From Microgenomates group bacterium (GTDB lineage Bacteria > Patescibacteriota > Microgenomatia > Daviesbacterales > UBA10151): 64,000 nt of DNA. The notes beneath the pieces were generated by a model. It did not search any database. It saw only the letters and a program-made list of their open reading frames with translations, and was not told the origin of the DNA. Below, in pieces: positions 57,896 through 64,000 of the stretch (position 1 is its first letter; every line of letters starts with the position of its first letter). The position numbers and the translations under genes were made by a program. The stretch lies in NCBI GenBank assembly GCA_041659805.1, contig JBAZXP010000001.1:880224-944223 (forward strand). Direction: 5' to 3'.

Positions 57896-59161
57896 ATGAA
57901 ACAAATTATTCCACCAGTAAAAGGCACCAGAGATTTTTATCCGGAACAAATGGCTTTCCGGAACTGGCTGTATGAAAAAATTCAAGTTTTGAGTCAAAAA
58001 TATGGATATCAGGAATATGATGGACCTGTTTTAGAATATCTTGACCTTTATACAAATAAAACAAGCGAAGAAATATTAAAAACCCAGGCTTTTACCTTGC
58101 AGGATCGTGACGGGCGTTTCCTAATCCTGCGCCCCGAACTTACCCCTACTTTTGCCCGAATGGTTGCTCAAAAAGCTGAACAATTACCTAAAGAAATACG
58201 TTGGTTCTCTTTTGGCAGAGCCTGGAGGTATGAACAACCACAAAAAGGAAGAGGTAGAGAATTTTTTCAGTGGGAAATTAATCTTTTAGGCCCGGAAAGT
58301 CCGGAAGCTGATGCTGAAATTTTGGCGATAGCAGCAGATTACCTAAAATCCCTGAATCTTACTCCAAAAGAAGTAGTTATCAAGGTCAGCGACAGGAGTT
58401 TTATGCAGGAGGAATTAAAATCATATGGTTTAACAGAAGAACAAATTATGCCTGTTTTTAGAATTATCGACCGCAAAAATAAAATTTCTGCAGAACAATT
58501 TAATCAGGATTTAGCCAAAGAAGGTATAAATTTAGAACAAGCCAAAAAAATTGAAAAACTTTTAAGTGAAAAAGATTTCTCTAAATCACCTTGGCTTTCT
58601 AAGATTTTTGAATCCTTAAAGTTATATGAAGATATTTTTGAGTATTTTGAATTTGATCCTACCATTATCCGCGGTTTTGATTATTACACAAAAACTGTTT
58701 TTGAAGCCTGGGATAGAGGTGAAGGATTTAAAAGAGCCTTATTTGGAGGAGGAAGATTTGATAATTTAACTTCACAAATAGGTGGCCCAAAAGTCCCTGG
58801 TGTGGGCATGGCTCCCGGTGATTATGCTGCTCAGGTAATTTTAGAGGAGTACGGGAAGATGCCAAATATTTCTCCCAAAACTGCGGCTGTTTTAGTGACT
58901 GTTTTTAATCCTGAACTATCCTCAGAATCCTTAAAATTAGCAGCTGAGTTACGAAAAGCTAATATTAATACAGAACTTTGGGCAGAAAACGAAGCTAAAT
59001 TAGATAAACAATTAAAATATGCAGATCAAAAAGGCATCCCTTATGTGCTAATTATTGGTCCTGAAGAAGCAGAAAAAAATCTTGTTACCTTAAAAGACCT
59101 GGAAAATAAATCCCAGCAAACTTTATCACTTGACGAAGCCATCTCCAAACTGACATCATAA
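57896..59161 (+). CDS. hisS: Histidine--tRNA ligase
   Basis: KGTRDF, LRPELT, RYEQPQKGR.REF.Q, RGFDYY, GGGRFD. Confidence 0.96.
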   Translation: MKQIIPPVKGTRDFYPEQMAFRNWLYEKIQVLSQKYGYQEYDGPVLEYLDLYTNKTSEEILKTQAFTLQDRDGRFLILRPELTPTFARMVAQKAEQLPKEIRWFSFGRAWRYEQPQKGRGREFFQWEINLLGPESPEADAEILAIAADYLKSLNLTPKEVVIKVSDRSFMQEELKSYGLTEEQIMPVFRIIDRKNKISAEQFNQDLAKEGINLEQAKKIEKLLSEKDFSKSPWLSKIFESLKLYEDIFEYFEFDPTIIRGFDYYTKTVFEAWDRGEGFKRALFGGGRFDNLTSQIGGPKVPGVGMAPGDYAAQVILEEYGKMPNISPKTAAVLVTVFNPELSSESLKLAAELRKANINTELWAENEAKLDKQLKYADQKGIPYVLIIGPEEAEKNLVTLKDLENKSQQTLSLDEAISKLTS

Positions 59162-59167
59162 ATATAG

Positions 59168-60199
59168 ATGTTTTCATCAACTTTAAAAAAGTCCTGGCCT
59201 TATATTGCAATCTTACTTGCCCATACAATCTGGGGTGTTAATTTTATAATTGCCAAATTAACTTTGCAGGAAATCCCTCCTATGACAATCGCTTTTATAA
59301 GATTTACTTTTGCAAGCCTTTTATTGCTTCCCTTTTTAATTATTGCCCGTGAATCACCATGGAACGATCTCAGAAAAGTTTTTAAATTCCTTCCTCAGGG
59401 AGACGGATTTAAGAAAAACTCCATTGATATGATGGAAGGAAATACCCAAAATCATATTGATAAAAAAGATTTACCAAAAATTATTGCTGTTGGTGTTTTG
59501 ATGATTACTTTAAATACCTCATTTTTTTTACTGGGACTTGAAAGAACCACTGCTACCTCAGCTTCAATCTTGTCTTTAAGTGTTCCAATTTTATCAGTCA
59601 TTGTGGGATGGACAATACTCAAAGAAAAAGTCTATGTAGTAAATGTTTTTGGAGTAATTGCAGGCCTTGCAGGAACTATTGCAGTCCTTGGAGTTCCTTT
59701 AATTTCAATTGGTGCCGGTTTATCTGCTGAAGCTATGATTGGAAATTTGCTAATTATTTTAGCAGCTGTTACATGGGTAACAGGTGCCTTGTTTTCGAAG
59801 CAACTATTGCAGAAATATTCCACATTAACTCTAACCTCAATGATGTTTTTTACAGGATCTGTAACTTTTTTAATCCCTGCAATCAATGAATATTTCCAAA
59901 ACCCTTCATGGACTCAACATGTCACATTTTTAGGAATGTTCGGCATCTTCTATATGACGCTGGCTTCATCAATTGCTGCTTATTTCCTTTTTGAGTGGAG
60001 TATGGATCAAATCGGCTTAGTCAAAGCAGATTTCTTCCAATATCTGGAGCCTTTAGTTGCAATTAGCCTGGGAATCTTCATTTTAGGAGAACAGCTACGC
60101 TTCTCCTTTGTAATAGGAGCAGTATTAATCATTTTGGGTTCCTATTGGAGCACTCTGGCTAAAACAGCCCATAAGTACCATAAGGCACACCGGCATTAG
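59168..60199 (+). CDS. EamA/DMT family transporter
   Basis: 10 TM in two EamA repeats; IWG.N, RF, LKEK, YLEP, LGE. Confidence 0.9.
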   Translation: MFSSTLKKSWPYIAILLAHTIWGVNFIIAKLTLQEIPPMTIAFIRFTFASLLLLPFLIIARESPWNDLRKVFKFLPQGDGFKKNSIDMMEGNTQNHIDKKDLPKIIAVGVLMITLNTSFFLLGLERTTATSASILSLSVPILSVIVGWTILKEKVYVVNVFGVIAGLAGTIAVLGVPLISIGAGLSAEAMIGNLLIILAAVTWVTGALFSKQLLQKYSTLTLTSMMFFTGSVTFLIPAINEYFQNPSWTQHVTFLGMFGIFYMTLASSIAAYFLFEWSMDQIGLVKADFFQYLEPLVAISLGIFILGEQLRFSFVIGAVLIILGSYWSTLAKTAHKYHKAHRH

Positions 60200-60311
60200 C
60201 CTCGTACCTTGCGACCTTCGGTCTTAAAGCCCATAGGAACTGAACAGACATTAATCTGTGGCTAGCTTCTTGAAAAAAATTCTGATATAATCACTAACGA
60301 AAGTTATAAAT

Positions 60312-60638
60312 ATGAAAGCCAGCGTCCATCCTGATTGGAATAAAGAAGCCAAAGTAACCTGTGTCTGCGGGAATACATTTACCGTAGGCTCAGTCTTACC
60401 TGAAATAAGGGTAGAAATCTGCAGTGCCTGTCACCCGTTCTTCACCGGCCAACAAAAATTCGTTGATACTCAGGGACAGGTTGAAAAGTTCAGTAAGGCA
60501 TTAGAAACCGCTAAAGCTAAAAAAGAAGTCAGAGAACAAATCCTTGCAAACCGCGCTGCCAAAGTTCAAACAGAAAAAACAGAAAAACCCTCACTCCGCG
60601 ATCTTTTAATGCAGGCCCGCAAAAAAACCGCTTCTTAG
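60312..60638 (+). CDS. rpmE: 50S ribosomal protein L31 (Zn-binding type, C-terminal extension)
   Basis: [22 protein letters not shown]. Confidence 0.96.
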   Translation: MKASVHPDWNKEAKVTCVCGNTFTVGSVLPEIRVEICSACHPFFTGQQKFVDTQGQVEKFSKALETAKAKKEVREQILANRAAKVQTEKTEKPSLRDLLMQARKKTAS

Positions 60639-60639
60639 A

Positions 60640-60674
60640 CTAGCTTTCAGTCTTCAGCCATCAGTCTTCAGACT
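60640..60674 (+). repeat. Heptamer array (TCAGnnn) between rpmE and prfA
   Basis: CTAGCTT TCAGTCT TCAGCCA TCAGTCT TCAGACT. Confidence 0.75.
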
Positions 60675-60689
60675 ATGTATAATTAACCT

Positions 60690-61631
60690 ATGGATAACTA
60701 TCTTGAACAACAAATTAATGACTTAAAAACAAGAATCGACGAGGCTAAAAAGCTGATCAATGACCCTGAACTAAAAGATTTGGCCCAAATGGAAATCGAA
60801 GAACTTGAGGCTCAAATTGAAGAATTGGAAAATTCTGCCTCAACCCCCATGGAAACAAGTTCAGAAGCAGAAGAAGATTTTGAATCAGACATTAACCCCA
60901 ATATCGCTATTTTGGAAATCAGATCAGCTGCCGGTGGAGATGAAGCAGGGCTTTTTGCCAATGATTTACTTAGAATGTATACCAGGTTTGTTGCTATTAA
61001 AAACTGGAAAATGGAAGAGCTTTCCCGTTCAGAAGGAAAATTAGGACAAATCAAAGAAATAGATTTAAAAATTAACGGGAAGAGTGCCTATGACAGCTTA
61101 AAGTTCGAATCAGGTGTGCACCGTGTTCAAAGAGTTCCGGAAACAGAATCTGGAGGCAGAATTCATACATCCACTGCAACTGTAGCGGTTTTACCAGAAG
61201 TTAATCCTACTCAAATTTTTATTAATCCCTCTGATATAGAATTTGATTCTTTCAGATCAGGTGGAGCTGGTGGACAAAATGTTAATAAAGTTAATACTGC
61301 TGTCAGAATAAAACATATTCCCACAGGAATTGTGGTTACTGCTCAAACAGAACGTTCACAGCTACAAAACAGAGAAAATGCCATGAATTTACTCCGGGCA
61401 AAGCTTTGGGATTTAGAAAATGAAGAAAAAATGAAAAACGTTGGCGGTCAAAGATCCAATCAGGTTGGCTCAGGAGACAGATCAGAAAAAATCAGAACCT
61501 ATAATTTCCCTCAAAACAGAATTACAGATCACAGAATAGGCAAATCCTGGCATAATTTAGAAACTATTTTAGAAGGAAATTTGGAACCTGTAATTAAATC
61601 CTTACAAGAAGCAGAAAATAATGAAAATTAA
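60690..61631 (+). CDS. prfA: Peptide chain release factor 1
   Basis: GGDEA, ESGVHRVQRVPET (PxT), GGQ, DRSEKIRTYN. Confidence 0.96.
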   Translation: MDNYLEQQINDLKTRIDEAKKLINDPELKDLAQMEIEELEAQIEELENSASTPMETSSEAEEDFESDINPNIAILEIRSAAGGDEAGLFANDLLRMYTRFVAIKNWKMEELSRSEGKLGQIKEIDLKINGKSAYDSLKFESGVHRVQRVPETESGGRIHTSTATVAVLPEVNPTQIFINPSDIEFDSFRSGGAGGQNVNKVNTAVRIKHIPTGIVVTAQTERSQLQNRENAMNLLRAKLWDLENEEKMKNVGGQRSNQVGSGDRSEKIRTYNFPQNRITDHRIGKSWHNLETILEGNLEPVIKSLQEAENNEN

Positions 61632-62325
61632 TTCTAATATTCCTGATGCTTACCAAAAAGGCTGGGTGGAATTCTACAAATTAAAATTCAAAGTCACTCC
61701 TGATGTTTTAATCCCCAGACCGGAAACAGAGCTTTTGGTAGATGCTGTCTTGGAACGTATCAAGTATAAAGAATCCGGTATAAAGGGAAACGGAATTATG
61801 GTTTTAGATATAGGAACAGGCTCTGGAGCAATTGCCATCTCTGTCGCCAAGAATCTAACCTCGGGGGTTAGAGTAAAAATAATTGCAACAGATATATCTG
61901 CAAAAGCACTGAAAATTGCAAAACAAAATGCAAAACTTCACAGAGTTGAAGATAAAATAACTTTTAAACAAAGCAATCTACTTACAAAAATTTCCTATAC
62001 CCTAATTCCTAAAACCTGTACCCTAATCATTGTCACAAATTTGCCTTATATCCCCACAGACCGTATCGCCTATCTTGATTCATCTGTAAAAGATTTTGAG
62101 CCTTTTATAGCTTTAGATGGAGGTGAGGATGGTTTTCAGCTTTACAGAAAATTATTTTCTCAAATTATTAAAAAGGGGTTAAAACCAAAATTAATTGTGG
62201 GAGAAATTGATTATACCCAGGGTGAAACAGCAATTTATGAAGGACAAAAATATTTTCCTGAAGCAAATGTGGAAGTTAAAAAAGATCTCGCCCACTTACA
62301 AAGAATTTTAAATATTTCATCCTAG
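61621..62325 (+). CDS. prmC: Release factor glutamine methyltransferase (N-terminally shortened)
   Basis: VLIPRPETE, LDIGTGSG, DIS, NLPY, ALDGG.DG; follows prfA. Confidence 0.92.
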   Translation: MKINSNIPDAYQKGWVEFYKLKFKVTPDVLIPRPETELLVDAVLERIKYKESGIKGNGIMVLDIGTGSGAIAISVAKNLTSGVRVKIIATDISAKALKIAKQNAKLHRVEDKITFKQSNLLTKISYTLIPKTCTLIIVTNLPYIPTDRIAYLDSSVKDFEPFIALDGGEDGFQLYRKLFSQIIKKGLKPKLIVGEIDYTQGETAIYEGQKYFPEANVEVKKDLAHLQRILNISS

Positions 62326-62368
62326 ACATCCCTTTTTACAAAAAGTATAATTTTTAAGACTTAAATTT

Positions 62369-63094
62369 ATGACAAATGATAAATTGAAATACGACAGAGT
62401 CTTATTAAAAATCTCCGGAGAACTTTTCGGAGATGATAGTGGTCATGGGATTAATTTTTCTGCTTTTGAGAAAATTGCCAGGGATTTAATAGACATCAGA
62501 GAAAAAACCAAGGTTGAACTGGCTTTAGTGGTTGGCGGAGGAAATATATTCCGGGGCAGGTATAAAGCAGAACACGTTGATGAAGCTACAGCAGACTATA
62601 TGGGTATGATGGCAACAGTTATCAACGGTCTGGGCTTGCAGGAGGCTTTAGAACGTCTAGGAGCACCCACCAGAATGATGACTGCAATTGAAATAAAAGC
62701 AGTGGCTGAGCCATATATCAGAAGAAAAGCCTTGAAACACTTATCCAGAGGCAGAATTGTCATATTCACAGCCGGTACAGGCAATCCTTTCTTTACCACA
62801 GATTCAGGTGCAGCACTCCGGGCTGCTGAGTTAAATTGCGATGTAATCTTAAAGGCTACTAATGTTGATGGCGTTTATACCTCAGATCCGAATAAAAATC
62901 CTAATGCCAAATTACTCACTAAAATCACTTATCAGGAAGCAATTGAGAAAAATTTAGAAGTAATGGATGCAACAGCTTTTGCCCTTTGTAAAAGACAAAA
63001 AATCCCAATAGTAGTTTTTAATATTGATAAGCTGGACGACATTGATAATATATTAAACGGACATAATTTCGGAACACTGGTTACAGAAGATTAA
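62369..63094 (+). CDS. pyrH: UMP kinase
   Basis: LLKISGE, VGGGN..RG, DYMGM, GNPFFTTD, VMDATA. Confidence 0.96.
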   Translation: MTNDKLKYDRVLLKISGELFGDDSGHGINFSAFEKIARDLIDIREKTKVELALVVGGGNIFRGRYKAEHVDEATADYMGMMATVINGLGLQEALERLGAPTRMMTAIEIKAVAEPYIRRKALKHLSRGRIVIFTAGTGNPFFTTDSGAALRAAELNCDVILKATNVDGVYTSDPNKNPNAKLLTKITYQEAIEKNLEVMDATAFALCKRQKIPIVVFNIDKLDDIDNILNGHNFGTLVTED

Positions 63095-64000
63095 ATTTGT
63101 TTCTCTATTACCTCTAAAGCCTTCTCTAATTGATTATCTTTTAAAGGATTCTTATCATCGGCTTTAAATTCAACAACCACGTCTGGTGTTAAACCTGTTC
63201 CGTGAATCCATCTGCCCAACGGAGTCAGCCATTTGGCTGTGGTGATATGAATCCCTGTTCCCTGAGGCAAATCTTCTGTTGATTGGATAGTACCTTTTCC
63301 AAATGATTGTTCACCGACAATTGTTGCCCTCTTATCATCCTGCATTGCCCCGGCTAAAATTTCTGAAGCGGAAGCAGATCCTTTATTAATCATAACTACC
63401 AAAGGAATTTTTAACATTCTGCCCTGTCTTACAACCCTCAACTCCTGTTTTTGACCTGATGAATTTTCCTGTAATACAACAGGACCGGACCCAATAAATT
63501 CCGAAGCTAAATAAACAGCAGATTCCAAATACCCGCCAGGATTGTTCCTGACATCAACAATCACTCCCTGGGTATTTTTAGTTAAGGCCTCTGAAATAGC
63601 ACCATCCCATTCATTATCAGTCTTATCTCCAAATCCTGATAATCTGATATAGGCAATATTTTTACCCAGGGGAGATGTTTTCATGGTTAAATCAACAGTC
63701 CGAACAATAATCGTATCCCGGGAAAGAGTAACATCCCGTGGTTTATCGGTATTTTCGCTAAAAATAGAAAGAGCAACAGATGTTCCTTTTGGTCCGCGGA
63801 TCATGGCAACAGCGTCAGGCAAAGAAATGTTTGAAACATCTTTTTTATCAACCGTAAGTATTAAATCACCGGCTTTTATTCCTGCTTTATCTGCAGGAGT
63901 ATCTTTCAAAGGAGCGATTACCACCAATCTTTTATCCTTGTTGTACCCTAATTGCATCCCGACGCCTTCAAAAGACCCGTTCAATTGTTCCTTAGTATTT
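63091..64000 (-). CDS. Carboxyl-terminal protease S41 (5' end outside window)
   Basis: PDZ GVG, DVRNNPGG, SASASE, SFGKG, G.TPD. Confidence 0.93.
   Translation of the reverse strand, partial: NTKEQLNGSFEGVGMQLGYNKDKRLVVIAPLKDTPADKAGIKAGDLILTVDKKDVSNISLPDAVAMIRGPKGTSVALSIFSENTDKPRDVTLSRDTIIVRTVDLTMKTSPLGKNIAYIRLSGFGDKTDNEWDGAISEALTKNTQGVIVDVRNNPGGYLESAVYLASEFIGSGPVVLQENSSGQKQELRVVRQGRMLKIPLVVMINKGSASASEILAGAMQDDKRATIVGEQSFGKGTIQSTEDLPQGTGIHITTAKWLTPLGRWIHGTGLTPDVVVEFKADDKNPLKDNQLEKALEVIEKQI

Overview
AT-rich chromosomal segment (standard genetic code) that looks like a CPR/Patescibacteria bacterium, probably Microgenomates-like (inferred from gene content and style). 1-14 kb: a type IV pilus locus (pilB, pilT, pilC, pilD and 11 prepilin-like genes, with duplicated PilV/W/X sets), interrupted by an oppositely oriented TMTC-like GT-C/TPR glycosyltransferase. 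14-27.7 kb: holB-like, gyrB, a cell-wall block (short GlmU-like, murC, murI, murD, TrmB regulator, aminotransferase, ddl), gyrA and a Xer recombinase. 27.7-32.6 kb: a surface operon with two cohesin-like proteins (one with an LPGTA sorting-like signal), a dockerin-tailed protein and two paralogous 'QQxLRSxAA' proteins. 32.6-34.0 kb: a four-helix-bundle (Avd/23S-IVP-like) gene bracketed by inverted degenerate 8-mer arrays, next to a dif-like site, a DnaA box, palindromes and a candidate ncRNA. The rest is mostly housekeeping (ruvC, yebC, LCP, Kef, RluA, two-component genes, gmk, lgt, efp, pepA, RAYT with REP-like repeats, tRNA-Leu, dnaB, manC, hisS, rpmE, prfA, prmC, pyrH, ctpA). Main observation: the same inverted 8-mer array occurs without the gene as an in-frame insertion in gyrA, and related 7-mer arrays and short palindromes sit in-frame in murD, murC and prmC. 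This suggests an undescribed repeat element linked to the four-helix-bundle gene. All calls come from reading motifs by eye; no searches were run.
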